This document shows positions 35,259 through 45,211 of a DNA stretch of 64,000 nt, in pieces. Under the pieces are notes generated by a model. That model ran no database searches. It was not told where the DNA came from and was given only the letters and a program-made list of their open reading frames with translations. Position 1 is the stretch's first letter. Each line of letters starts with the position of its first letter. Position numbers and translations under genes: made by a program. Source of the stretch: Deinococcales bacterium (GTDB taxonomy: Bacteria; Deinococcota; Deinococci; Deinococcales; JAAFIG01); NCBI GenBank assembly GCA_043778225.1, contig JAYWGM010000061.1, positions 17,844 through 81,843 of the forward strand. Direction: 5' to 3'.

Positions 35259-38200
35259 ATAAACACCTGCTCAAGTTGCTGCAAGCGCAAAGGTAAATCA
35301 AGTTGCTGCGCTAACCCAAAGGCTTGCTCGAGGCATTTTAGGGCGGCTTTTGGTTTTTTCTGGGTGTGTAAAACTTCGGCTTGAGCAGCCAAAATTTCGA
35401 GTTGCCACCTTGAATTATCAGGTTCAAGCAACTTGAGTTCGCAGATGCGTTGCTCAGCTAGGGCGCTGTGGTTGCCTAAACACAATGCCCGTAGCTCGAG
35501 CCAATGGGGTGTCCAGCGTGTCCAGCCGTGCAGGGCTTCATTTTTACGAATTTCGGCTGCCAACAGGGCATTTTCTAAGGCACTACCGCCATTGCCAAGC
35601 TGCATCCAGATGGCGCTTTCCAAACTGGCAATCGCGGCTTTGAACTGCATGGCATCAAAAGGCATGACTTGCAGCACTGCTTTTTTGGCGTGTGTCAGGG
35701 CTTCTAGGGCGGCGCTGTGGTTGTGCTGCAAAAAAAATAAATTGGCTCGAGTCCACCAACTGCGGGTGTAGGGGGCGGGTCGAGACTGGGCGTGTTCATG
35801 AAACACGGTTGGTGTGTTTTGCTCGAGCGCTTTTTCGAGGTCGCCAAGTTCGGCATAGGCTTGCGATAGCGCCTGAGCCGCAAAACGCTGTCCAGAACCC
35901 CAGCCAATACTCGAGAGGGTGCTAAAAGCATTTTCAGCTTCCTGAATCGCACGGCGCGGTTGCCCAAGGTAAACACTGGCAATGCCACTGACTGCCCAGC
36001 CGTGAGCGAGTGATGCCCTGCCGCCAACTTGCTCAGAAATCGGACGCACTTCTTGGGCAATACTCAGCACTGCTTGCCAATCTCCAAGGTTTTGAGCCGC
36101 AAACAACGCCCCCATCAGGGCTTCTTGCAATAACTCGAGTTGCTGGTTCTGGGTGGCTTCTTTGGCGGCGGCTCGAGCGCTTTGTCCTGCCGCCAGCCAA
36201 TCGCCACGTGCGCCCTCCAAATGGTGCTGCGTCAAAAGCGTATCCAAGCGCAAAGCAGTATGGTTTTGCGTCAGCTTGGCGGCGGCTTGATAGGCTTGGT
36301 TGGCGAGGTCAAAATTTGTACCCGCCCGCAACAAGGCTCGAGCCAATAAATTGTGCAGCGCTCCCTCGAGCCACGACCACTGCCGCCGTTTGGCAAAGCC
36401 GATTCCTTCTTCTAGCGCACTGTACAACCCTTCAAAGCGTGATTGTTGGGTTAAAAGCGTCGCAAAGGTATCAAAAAAAGCAATCAACTGGGCTTCTTGG
36501 AGTTGTACCACATCAGATATTGCCCGCAACGCCAAAAGTGCATTCTGATGATGCTCGAGGGCTTCGGTGTAGGCATAGACCTCAACGGCTTGTGCGCCAG
36601 CTTTGGCACTCCAGTGCAGTACCGCCTCTGGCTTGGCTGCGCCAATCGCATGAAAAGCCAGTACCGCCGCATTGACTTTGTTGTTCTCGAGGGCGCTCAG
36701 GGTACGCTGATGTAACCACCTGCGGGTCACAAGTGGCATATTGAGACGCAGGGTTTCTAAAACCAAGTCGTGGCTAAAGCGCATATCGAGCATTAAGCCA
36801 CTTTGCTGCAATTCGTCTATTGGCTCGAGTAATTCTAATTCGCGCACTTCCAAAATCTGGGCTGCCAAAACCAAACCAAATTCGCCTTCGGTAATGGCTG
36901 CCACCCGTGCCACATCTCGAGCCGGTTTAGAAAGTCGCTCAAGGCGGGCTTCTATCAATTGGGTCAGTTGCTTATTTTCAAAAATTCCAGCCCGTAAACT
37001 TTCTAAGGCATAAAGTGGGTTGCCACCGGTGCGTTTATGGAGCAGCCCAGCTTGGGTGGTGTCTAAATTCATGGCACGCAATAAGCTCTCGAGGTCGGTT
37101 TCTTCTAAGCGTGGCAATTGAATTTGCAGCAAACGCTGTGCGCCAATCAAAGCGGCAATGCGGCTTTCTGTTTCGGGGTTTAACTCGGCGCTTCGGGCAG
37201 TTGCGACCATCGCTTGCTGACTTTGCTCGAGCAAAAAAAACACAAACTCGAGGCTTGAAGGGTCTAAAAATTGCCAGTCATCGAGGACCAACAATGCCGA
37301 CTGACTCGAGATGGCTTCAAAACAATGTAAAAGTGCAGCAAACAAGCGCTGCTTATTTTGAGTTGGGACTTGGCGAGCCTCAATTTCGGGCAGCAAAATA
37401 TGCAGTTCGGTCTTGACCCAAGCGGCTAACTCGAGTTGGCTAATTTTATGCGCTCGTAAAAAACGTGTCACCGCCGCAAAAGGCACGCCTTGGTCGCCCG
37501 GACGACCCTCAAACCAAACCGAACGACCACAGGCTCGAGCAAATTCTTTGAGCAATCTGGTTTTGCCAACGCCCGGTTCACCGCGCAACAAAACCCTTTG
37601 TCCAGAGCGCCACGCCTGCTCGAGCCAACGCCATTCTTGGACTCGAGCCACAAACGGCTCGGCAACGGCTGCGACCACATCGGTTTGACTTTGGATTTGT
37701 TCGGCGAGAAGCATTGTTTCACGGCTTGGGGTCAGCCCTATTTCGTGCTTGAGTTTAGATTCTAAAACTCGGTAAATCTCGAAGGCAGCCGTGCGATTGC
37801 CTTGGTCAAGCAAGACCTGCATCAGCCCACGGTGCGCCGCTTCGTTCAAAGCATCGAAATTGGCACGGCGGCGGGCTGTTTCCAAAGCCGCGACTTCTAA
37901 ACCTTGATGCTGTTGCTGGGCTAAAAGGCGCGAAAGCAGCACATCAAAATCGGCTCGGGTTTGCGCTCGGTTTTGCTCAAGCCAGAGGTCAAATTCGGGT
38001 GCATCGGGCAATTGTAAATCGCTCAGAAAATCGTTGCGGTATAACCGACTTGCAGCCTCAAGCTCAGCATCTTTGGGGTTGCGAATTTCTTGGACATCGC
38101 AATAACTTGGCAACAACTGAATTTTAGAGCGGGTGGTCTCGAGTACATCGGCTGATTCGCCCAGCACATCGCGCAAATGTGCCAAAACGGTGCGTAAACT

Positions 38201-38383
38201 CTGTTGACTCGAGATCGTATCGGCTTGGGACCAAAGCATGGCTGCTAAGCGCTCGCGTGAATGCCAACCAGACTCGAGGCTTAGAAATGCCAGCAATGCC
38301 AAGGCGTGCTTACGGCGTATCTCGATTGGCTTGCCCAAGACCAAGACCTCGGCTGTCCCTAAAAAAAATAACTCGAGTTGCAC
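35192..38383 (-). CDS. SARP/BTAD transcriptional regulator with STAND ATPase and TPR-like C-terminus
   Basis: ALLAFL, SRERLAAMLW, LY..DFL, EAAHR.LM, GEPGVGKTRL, DDWQFLD, TGGNPLY; TAGACT-N6-GTG. Confidence 0.88.
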   Translation of the reverse strand: MQLELFFLGTAEVLVLGKPIEIRRKHALALLAFLSLESGWHSRERLAAMLWSQADTISSQQSLRTVLAHLRDVLGESADVLETTRSKIQLLPSYCDVQEIRNPKDAELEAASRLYRNDFLSDLQLPDAPEFDLWLEQNRAQTRADFDVLLSRLLAQQQHQGLEVAALETARRRANFDALNEAAHRGLMQVLLDQGNRTAAFEIYRVLESKLKHEIGLTPSRETMLLAEQIQSQTDVVAAVAEPFVARVQEWRWLEQAWRSGQRVLLRGEPGVGKTRLLKEFARACGRSVWFEGRPGDQGVPFAAVTRFLRAHKISQLELAAWVKTELHILLPEIEARQVPTQNKQRLFAALLHCFEAISSQSALLVLDDWQFLDPSSLEFVFFLLEQSQQAMVATARSAELNPETESRIAALIGAQRLLQIQLPRLEETDLESLLRAMNLDTTQAGLLHKRTGGNPLYALESLRAGIFENKQLTQLIEARLERLSKPARDVARVAAITEGEFGLVLAAQILEVRELELLEPIDELQQSGLMLDMRFSHDLVLETLRLNMPLVTRRWLHQRTLSALENNKVNAAVLAFHAIGAAKPEAVLHWSAKAGAQAVEVYAYTEALEHHQNALLALRAISDVVQLQEAQLIAFFDTFATLLTQQSRFEGLYSALEEGIGFAKRRQWSWLEGALHNLLARALLRAGTNFDLANQAYQAAAKLTQNHTALRLDTLLTQHHLEGARGDWLAAGQSARAAAKEATQNQQLELLQEALMGALFAAQNLGDWQAVLSIAQEVRPISEQVGGRASLAHGWAVSGIASVYLGQPRRAIQEAENAFSTLSSIGWGSGQRFAAQALSQAYAELGDLEKALEQNTPTVFHEHAQSRPAPYTRSWWTRANLFFLQHNHSAALEALTHAKKAVLQVMPFDAMQFKAAIASLESAIWMQLGNGGSALENALLAAEIRKNEALHGWTRWTPHWLELRALCLGNHSALAEQRICELKLLEPDNSRWQLEILAAQAEVLHTQKKPKAALKCLEQAFGLAQQLDLPLRLQQLEQVFIYFGSRTPFSGAAPSKLTKKSE

Positions 38384-38704
38384 CCAAACAGTCTACCAAG
38401 TCTGGCAATTTATGGGTGTCTACTTTTTTGATAGGTGGTGTTTCTAGGCTTTGTGCTATTTAGAACAAAGCTAAAAAAGCTGTTTTGTACGAATAAAGCC
38501 AATTTATACCAACCAGACCAGAAGTTATTCTTAACAAACCAAGTGCCAAAAGTTGGTCACTTGCTCGAGTCAGCACAAAGCGCACAGACTATTTACGGGC
38601 AAAATTGCTATTGTAAGCGCTTGCAGTGTGCTAATCTGCGCCCGTCGCCAAAATCAGACTGAGTGCCTTACGCGCCGTGACTTTGGCTAAACCTTGGAGA
38701 AATC

Positions 38705-41179
38705 ATGCAATCCATTGCCACCATTGTCGTCAGTCCAACCCTACCCGCCAACCTTAAAGCCTTAGAAAGTATCTCGAGCAACCTCTGGTGGACATGGAAT
38801 CCAGAAGCCCAAGCGCTGTTTATGGCGGTCAATCCAACGGTTTGGGAAAGCACCAACCACAACGCGGTGCGGGTCTTACAAGAAGCCTCACAGTCGGACT
38901 TTGATCGGGTCAGCCAGAACGAAAACTTTGTGGCAGATTTAGAACGGACGTTCCAGCGTTTTCAGCGTTATATCAGTTCTGACAGCACTTGGTTTAAGCA
39001 GCATCACCCCGATTTTCAGGGCATGATTGGTTATTTTTGCATGGAGTACGGGCTGCATGAATCCCTACAAATTTACTCGGGTGGCTTGGGTGTGCTGGCT
39101 GGCGACCACTGCAAAAGCGCTTCGGATTTGGGGCTGCCATTTGTAGCGGTTGGGTTGCTGTTCCGCGATGGCTATTTTCATCAGCAACTCGATGCCACGG
39201 GCTGGCAGGGCGAGCGCTATGAAATCATCAATCCAAATAAACAGCCTTTGACCTTGGCTCGAGACGAAAACGGCGAAACTATTAAAATCAAAGTCGAAGT
39301 CTCGAGTCGTCTTGTTACCGTCCAGGCGTGGCGTTTAGACATCGGGCGTATCAGCTTGTATTTACTCGATACCGATTTACCCGAAAACCCCGAAGCTGAT
39401 AAAGCCATTACCAAGCGCTTATATGGCAAGGGCGAAGAGTTGCGGGTGGCTCAAGAATTGGTACTGGGGGTGGGCGGCTTACGGCTGATGCGTGTCCTCA
39501 AAATGCCAATCACGGTCTACCACATGAACGAAGGACACGCTGCCTTTTTGGGTCTCGAGCGGCTGCGTGAATACCGCGAGGCTGGACTCGAATGGAGTGC
39601 TGCCATCGAATTGGTTGCCTCGAGTGGGATTTTTACCACCCATACGCCAGTACCGGCGGGCAACGACTCGTTTGGAATGCCCCTGATTGACCGCAAACTG
39701 AGTTACTGGGCAAAAGCCTTAAATGTGGCTAAAGAAGATTTGTATGCCCTTGCGACGCAACAACAAAAATGGGGTTCGACCTTTTCGATGACCGTGCTGG
39801 CACTGCGTTTAAGCCGCTATGCCAACGGTGTTTCGGAACTTCACGGACAAATTTCTAGGGGGATGTGGAGCTTTTTATGGGATGGCGCAGATGCCCCAGA
39901 AATTCCAATTAAGCACGTCACCAACGGGATTCATACCCGAACATTTTTAGCCCATGAACTGGCAGAACTCTACGATGCGGCTTTTCCTAAATACTGGGAT
40001 AGCCAACTCGAGAACCCGCAAGTCTGGCAACTCGAGAAAATCGAAGACAATAAGCTCTGGGAAGCCCGTTTAAGCCTTAAAAAGAAACTGGTTGAGTTCA
40101 CCCGCAGCCGACTGCGCCGCGCCAACGAACGCAACAACACGGCTGGCAGTACCCATGTGTTGGATGAAACTGCCTTAACAATCGGCTTTGCACGCCGCTT
40201 TGCGACCTATAAACGGGCTACCTTGCTGTTCCGCGACCTCAACCGCCTTAAACGGATTGTCAACAACCCCGAGCGCCCGGTGCAATTTATTTTTGCTGGT
40301 AAAGCCCACCCTGCCGATAACCCCGGCAAGGAATTTATCCAACAACTCTGGCGCTACTCTCAAGACCCAGAGTTAATCGGAAAAATTGTTTTTCTCGAGG
40401 ACTACGACATGAACGTGGCGCGGCACTTGGTTCAAGGCTCAGACATCTGGCTCAACAACCCGCGCCGCCCACTCGAGGCATCTGGCACAAGCGGCGAAAA
40501 AGCCAGCTTAAATGGTTGCCTCAACTTTAGTATTTTGGATGGCTGGTGGCGCGAGGCATACGACGGCACAAACGGCTGGGCAATCGGCGACGAACGCGAA
40601 TTTGCCGAAGACGACGAAAGCCTACGCATCCAAGATGACCGCGACTGCCAAAGCCTTTACGACATTCTCGAGTACGAAATTGCACCGCTTTATTACGGCG
40701 AAAAACACGCTTGGCTGGAACGTGTCCGCAATGGCATCCGCACGGTTGCCCCAAAATTCTCGATGCAGCGCCAAGTGATTGATTATGTCCAAGAACTCTA
40801 TACCCCAGCCGCCACTCGAGCCACTGCTCTGACGATAGACCAAGCCACCGACATTGCCACATGGAAAGCCACCCAACGGGCGGGTTGGCAAGAGGTTCGG
40901 CTCAGTGCGCTGCTTGAAGAAAATAACCATGTTCGCGCTCGAGTCTGGCTGGGTAAACTTTTGCCAGCCGATATTCAAATTCAGGCGGTGGTCTCGAGAA
41001 ATGGAGTCTTTCAACGCACACCGCTAACCCTCGAGAAAACCCACGAAGACGGCTGGCTCGAGTATACAGGCAGTGTCACCATGCCCGAAGCTGGCGAATG
41101 GCAACTTGGGGTTCGGGCTGTGCCATACCGCGAGGATTTAAGCAACCCACTCGAGGTCGGCTTACTGCGCTGGGCATAG
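38705..41179 (+). CDS. glgP: Alpha-glucan (glycogen/maltodextrin) phosphorylase
   Basis: NLWWTW, YSGGLGVLAGD, HMNEGH, GFARRFATYKR, EASGTSGEK (PLP Lys). Confidence 0.95.
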   Translation: MQSIATIVVSPTLPANLKALESISSNLWWTWNPEAQALFMAVNPTVWESTNHNAVRVLQEASQSDFDRVSQNENFVADLERTFQRFQRYISSDSTWFKQHHPDFQGMIGYFCMEYGLHESLQIYSGGLGVLAGDHCKSASDLGLPFVAVGLLFRDGYFHQQLDATGWQGERYEIINPNKQPLTLARDENGETIKIKVEVSSRLVTVQAWRLDIGRISLYLLDTDLPENPEADKAITKRLYGKGEELRVAQELVLGVGGLRLMRVLKMPITVYHMNEGHAAFLGLERLREYREAGLEWSAAIELVASSGIFTTHTPVPAGNDSFGMPLIDRKLSYWAKALNVAKEDLYALATQQQKWGSTFSMTVLALRLSRYANGVSELHGQISRGMWSFLWDGADAPEIPIKHVTNGIHTRTFLAHELAELYDAAFPKYWDSQLENPQVWQLEKIEDNKLWEARLSLKKKLVEFTRSRLRRANERNNTAGSTHVLDETALTIGFARRFATYKRATLLFRDLNRLKRIVNNPERPVQFIFAGKAHPADNPGKEFIQQLWRYSQDPELIGKIVFLEDYDMNVARHLVQGSDIWLNNPRRPLEASGTSGEKASLNGCLNFSILDGWWREAYDGTNGWAIGDEREFAEDDESLRIQDDRDCQSLYDILEYEIAPLYYGEKHAWLERVRNGIRTVAPKFSMQRQVIDYVQELYTPAATRATALTIDQATDIATWKATQRAGWQEVRLSALLEENNHVRARVWLGKLLPADIQIQAVVSRNGVFQRTPLTLEKTHEDGWLEYTGSVTMPEAGEWQLGVRAVPYREDLSNPLEVGLLRWA

Positions 41180-41184
41180 AAAGA

Positions 41185-41898
41185 TTATTTTTTACTGAAA
41201 ATCGGGTGGTTTTTGAATTGGTCAAAGACCACCCAGCCAATTAGTGCGCCAAGACTCAAAATGGTCACTGCCAGCACCAAGGTTTTTAAGCGTTCAAAGT
41301 CGCTGCCAAAGTATGCCACCACAAAAACCAAAGGCGTGACCCCACCAATTGTTCCTAAGATAAACGGCACAAACTTCATTCGCAATAAACCAGCCACAAA
41401 ACTGACTCCATCTGAAGGTACTAGCGGTGATAAACGCAATGCCAGAATTGCCCAAGCCCCATAACGAGCCACGTTCTTAGCGATAATCTCGCGGATTTGG
41501 GGCGTGACCAGCTTATCTTGTAGGGTATCTCCAAAGACTCGAGCAATGCCGTAACCAAGTACAGCTGCCAGCACTGCGCCACCCCAACCAAGAAGGCTGC
41601 CCCAAATTGGACCATACGCCAACACCGCAACAATCAAGACCAGAATCATTGGAATGGCACTGATGATTGTTTGAATAATCATCAGTACAATAATCAGCAC
41701 AGGACCCCACCAGCCAAAGCCAGCCACCCACGTTTGAATCCGTCCGCGGTCGTTGCTGACCAAAATCTGATAGCCAGTCGCCACCAATGCCCGTACCTCG
41801 GGGAAGATAAAATACACCAAGGCTAAACAGCCCAGACCAGCAAGATACACATAGGCGAGGAATGGAATCTTAAACTTGGTTGGTTTCTCGAGAATCAC
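41185..41898 (-). CDS. TVP38/TMEM64 (VTT/DedA) membrane protein
   Basis: YG...G....W.G...A...Y.IAR, LRLSPLVP.D.VSF.AGL; start GTG 41898 inferred from TACAGT-N5. Confidence 0.85.
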   Translation of the reverse strand: MILEKPTKFKIPFLAYVYLAGLGCLALVYFIFPEVRALVATGYQILVSNDRGRIQTWVAGFGWWGPVLIIVLMIIQTIISAIPMILVLIVAVLAYGPIWGSLLGWGGAVLAAVLGYGIARVFGDTLQDKLVTPQIREIIAKNVARYGAWAILALRLSPLVPSDGVSFVAGLLRMKFVPFILGTIGGVTPLVFVVAYFGSDFERLKTLVLAVTILSLGALIGWVVFDQFKNHPIFSKK

Positions 41899-41986
41899 AC
41901 TGCACTGTACCTGTTTAAATATCAAACAACCGTGAGCCAAAATAGATTTTAGGTTTTGATTGCTTATTTTTGAGTACAATAGCTCA

Positions 41987-42538
41987 ATGACCCTGCTTGC
42001 CGAAAAAACCATGACCATAGAACAGTACCTCGAGTTTGAAAAAACATCTGAGTTACGCCACGAGTTTATGGATGGACAAATCTTGGCAATGGCTGGAAGC
42101 AGCTTAAAACACAACGAAATTATTTTTAGAATCCGAAGTGCATTAACGAAGGCTGCCCAAGAAAAACACTGCCTAATTGCTACCGAATCCCTCAAAGTAA
42201 AAACGCAGCTTGGGCGTTATCGTTATCCAGATGTGGTGGTCAGTTGCGAAATCAGTTTGGATGAATACTTTATCGAGAATCCCTGTTTTATTGCCGAAGT
42301 CCAATCCGACAGCACCGCCGAGACTGACAATGGCGCAAAACTCGAGGAGTACACCAAAATACCCAGCTTGCAGCGCTACGCAATTATTTCGCAAAAAACT
42401 CGTCAGGTTGTGGTCTATAAACGCACTGGCGAGACATGGACATTTGAGGTTTTGCTCGAGAATGGCGAAATCGAAATCGGGTGTCTCGAGACAACCCTAA
42501 GCCTAGACCAAATTTATGCTGATGTAACCCTAGGCTAA
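41987..42538 (+). CDS. Uma2 family (DUF820) PD-(D/E)xK endonuclease
   Basis: EQYLEFE, RHEF.DG.I.AMAG.S..H, YPDVVV, EV.S.ST...D...K...Y..IPSL. Confidence 0.9.
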   Translation: MTLLAEKTMTIEQYLEFEKTSELRHEFMDGQILAMAGSSLKHNEIIFRIRSALTKAAQEKHCLIATESLKVKTQLGRYRYPDVVVSCEISLDEYFIENPCFIAEVQSDSTAETDNGAKLEEYTKIPSLQRYAIISQKTRQVVVYKRTGETWTFEVLLENGEIEIGCLETTLSLDQIYADVTLG

Positions 42539-42868
42539 GCGCTTGGCATCTGCCCAAAGCCCTTCAAGATCGTAAAAATCTCGGGTTTCTGGGGTCATGA
42601 GGTGGACAATAATCGCCCCAAAATTGAGCAGCACCCAACGTGGGCTAGGACCTTCGATGCTGACTGCCCGAATGCCAGCATCGCGCATTTTGTCGAGCGC
42701 ACTGCGTTCAAGGGCTTGAAGCTGCGGTTGGCTGGTGGCAGAAGCAATCACAAAATAATCCAAGGTCGTGCTGACTTCGGTTAAGTCCATTGCCACAATG
42801 TCGGTGGCTTTTTTGTCCTCGAGTGCTTCTTTAATAATTTGGATTTGTTCTAAAAAGTCTGGGGTCAT
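42530..42868 (-). CDS. rsfS: Ribosome silencing factor RsfS
   Basis: DKKA.DI, DYFVIAS, WVLL..G.IIVH, R.FYDLE.LW. Confidence 0.94.
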   Translation of the reverse strand: MTPDFLEQIQIIKEALEDKKATDIVAMDLTEVSTTLDYFVIASATSQPQLQALERSALDKMRDAGIRAVSIEGPSPRWVLLNFGAIIVHLMTPETRDFYDLEGLWADAKRLA

Positions 42869-42913
42869 TAATGTCGCTAGTCTACTCGGTCAAATGAGCA
42901 ACGTCTACGGATA

Positions 42914-44239
42914 TTAAGGAAGACGCAATTGGCGACTGGCTTCAACGGCTAACGCCCCAAATTTTCGCGCCGCATCTTTACCAAGCACAATCGAAACTGT
43001 GCCAGCCCCATCTGGGTAACGGTATGGAGTGCTGACACTTGCGCCTAAGACTCGGGCATAAAATTCGGCACTCTCGAGGTCGCCCCAAGCTCGGCGGACA
43101 ATTCGGGTCGGTTCGCTGCTGACCACCTCGGATGGAATGACTTCTGGTGTACCCCAGCCGTTGCGTTCAAAATAGCGTGCCAAGGCTCGCCCAAGACCGG
43201 GTACACCACTTTGATTGACAATGGTTGGCGTGGTGGCTGGGGCTGTCTCGAGGTTTAAGGCAACAGGATTCAAAATCCCTTGGATCAAGGCTTGGACTTT
43301 GGGTAGGTCGGCAATCAAGTATGAACCATAGCGAGCGTCTTCGAGGGTTGGCAAGGTATGGAAATGCGGTGTTAAATTTCTCGAGTGTCCAAGCATACTT
43401 TGGGCAAACTCGAGGTTGGCGTTGGTAATCACATCGTTTTGTAAAGCTGAGATAAGGGTTGGAATCAGGTTTAAGGCGGCTGGACTTTTGACTTTTTGCA
43501 GCAACTTGCCAATCACTTCTTTGCCCCTGTCCATACGGGCATAATCTGAGCCGACACCGTAGCGAAAACGCAAGTAGCCTACTGCTTTTGCGCCACTTAA
43601 ACGATTATTTCCGGCTGGAATATCAATGTATAAACCGGCGGCTCGGTCAGTGTATTTCATCGGCTCTGGCAAAAAAACGTCCACTCCGCCTAAGGCATCT
43701 ATCACTTTAGCCACCAATTCAACATTAAAAACCACGGTGTAATCCACAGTTACACCCAACAATTGCTCGACCGATTCCTTAAAGGCTTTTGAACCACCAT
43801 CACGAAAAGGTTGCTCGGCAGCAGCGTCTTTGTAGTCGGTGATTCCAGCCGCCGCCACGGCTTCTTTGCCACCAGACGGAAAACTGCTGTTCATTTTGTG
43901 CGCCCCAAAACGGTCTTCTATATAGGTATCTCGAGGAATCGAAATCACATCCACCCGTCCGGGTTGAATCCGCACAAACATCATCGTGTCGGTTCGCCCA
44001 TAACGCTCGATGCCTTCGCAGGGTTCGGCTTCTAAACCAATTGGTCCATAGCCCGGTTTGCAGTATTCGATGTCGCGCCCAGCCACGGCGATATTGACCA
44101 CGGGAGTCATGCCGTTGGCAGCAATTAAATTGGGTTGGGCAACGCTTTTTTGCTTTGGTTTGGTTTCGACAATATAAAACGACAAACCACTGAGAAGTGC
44201 CAAAACCAAACCGCCCATTTGAAAAGCTCTACGCCACAT
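42914..44239 (-). CDS. LCP (LytR-CpsA-Psr) family cell-wall phosphotransferase with LytR_C domain
   Basis: RTDTMM, SIPRDT, IDALGGV, YLRFR....SD..R; C-terminal N.SG..GL, IVLGKD. Confidence 0.9.
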   Translation of the reverse strand: MWRRAFQMGGLVLALLSGLSFYIVETKPKQKSVAQPNLIAANGMTPVVNIAVAGRDIEYCKPGYGPIGLEAEPCEGIERYGRTDTMMFVRIQPGRVDVISIPRDTYIEDRFGAHKMNSSFPSGGKEAVAAAGITDYKDAAAEQPFRDGGSKAFKESVEQLLGVTVDYTVVFNVELVAKVIDALGGVDVFLPEPMKYTDRAAGLYIDIPAGNNRLSGAKAVGYLRFRYGVGSDYARMDRGKEVIGKLLQKVKSPAALNLIPTLISALQNDVITNANLEFAQSMLGHSRNLTPHFHTLPTLEDARYGSYLIADLPKVQALIQGILNPVALNLETAPATTPTIVNQSGVPGLGRALARYFERNGWGTPEVIPSEVVSSEPTRIVRRAWGDLESAEFYARVLGASVSTPYRYPDGAGTVSIVLGKDAARKFGALAVEASRQLRLP

Positions 44240-44292
44240 ATCCCACAGATTATGACACTACAAATAAGATAACCATGAGACTTTTACTGTCT

Positions 44293-44694
44293 TCAAGCCA
44301 ATAAGTCTTGCTGCCCCAAAGCCCTCAGCACCCGCATTGCATCCTTGGCTCGAGCATATGGCACAAAAATATGGTCATGGTAAAATGCAGCCACGACATT
44401 ACAAGAAATTCCAGCTTGTGTCAGCGCTGTGGAAAATGCAGCCGTTAAACCCACCGCCTCGAGACTTGAATAAACGGTTAAGCTAATCCAAGCAAATTCA
44501 GCACCAAAATCCAGTAAAAGTTCTTCTGCTCGAGATTTCTCCAGAATCAAAGTCACGCCTTCGGCTTCGTGAAACATTCCCAAAATACCATTTGGAAGGC
44601 TCGAGCCAAGTGGTACGGTCGTAAAAACATAGGCGTTTGGATTGAGTACGGGCTGCATGGTTTGCAGCAAAATCTCGAGCTTGGTTTCGGACAT
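44293..44694 (-). CDS. ACT-domain protein (DUF2241/ACT_7)
   Basis: MQP.L....YVF, E.EG.TLI, SSLEAVGLTAA, ISCNVVAAFYHDHIFV; TATCAT-N6-ATG. Confidence 0.88.
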   Translation of the reverse strand: MSETKLEILLQTMQPVLNPNAYVFTTVPLGSSLPNGILGMFHEAEGVTLILEKSRAEELLLDFGAEFAWISLTVYSSLEAVGLTAAFSTALTQAGISCNVVAAFYHDHIFVPYARAKDAMRVLRALGQQDLLA

Positions 44695-44716
44695 TCTAAA
44701 ATGATACTTTTTAGGG

Positions 44717-45211
44717 ATGCTACTTTGCACCTTCACCGAAGCCCTCCAATTACCTTCTAATCAAGTTGGACTCGAGCCAAAAAATTTAATCGGTCAAGCT
44801 GGTTTTGTGATTGCGGCTCGAGCCGAAGAACAATTTTATATCCTCAATAACCTGCCCGAAAATCTGCGTGAAACTTTTAAGCCGATTAACCCACGGCGTT
44901 TAGACGAAGATTTACTCGAACAATTGTGCAAACGCGCCGAGAAGCGCATTCTTGAAGCCACTTTGCTTGAAGATTTTATCAGTCAGGTCTATACAGCTTT
45001 TGAGAACAGCCATTTCTCGAGTGGCTTGATTTTACGCCGCCCATCACAAAAACATACCGAAACCGCCAAGACCAAACGCGAAGTTTTATTGGCACTGAAA
45101 CGACTTTGGGTGCGAGATTGGCAATTTGAGGCAGTGCTAAAGCGCTTGGACAGCACTGGTAAAATTGGTTTGGAGGCTCAAGCCGCCTATTTGTTGCAAT
45201 CTAAATTTTAA
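44717..45211 (+). CDS. Hypothetical protein, weakly resembling a reduced PEP-synthase N-terminal domain
   Basis: GFVI....EEQFY, LLALKRLW..DW..EAV..R resemble PPDK_N segments. Confidence 0.55.
   Translation: MLLCTFTEALQLPSNQVGLEPKNLIGQAGFVIAARAEEQFYILNNLPENLRETFKPINPRRLDEDLLEQLCKRAEKRILEATLLEDFISQVYTAFENSHFSSGLILRRPSQKHTETAKTKREVLLALKRLWVRDWQFEAVLKRLDSTGKIGLEAQAAYLLQSKF

Noticed and set aside
41899..42195. N-terminal extension of the TVP38 protein
   Set aside because: Antisense to the Uma2 gene with no family-like sequence
41987..42538. Uma2 nuclease as the cognate restriction enzyme for CTCGAG
   Set aside because: Uma2 proteins are common multi-copy genes, no methyltransferase is adjacent, and nothing links it to the motif
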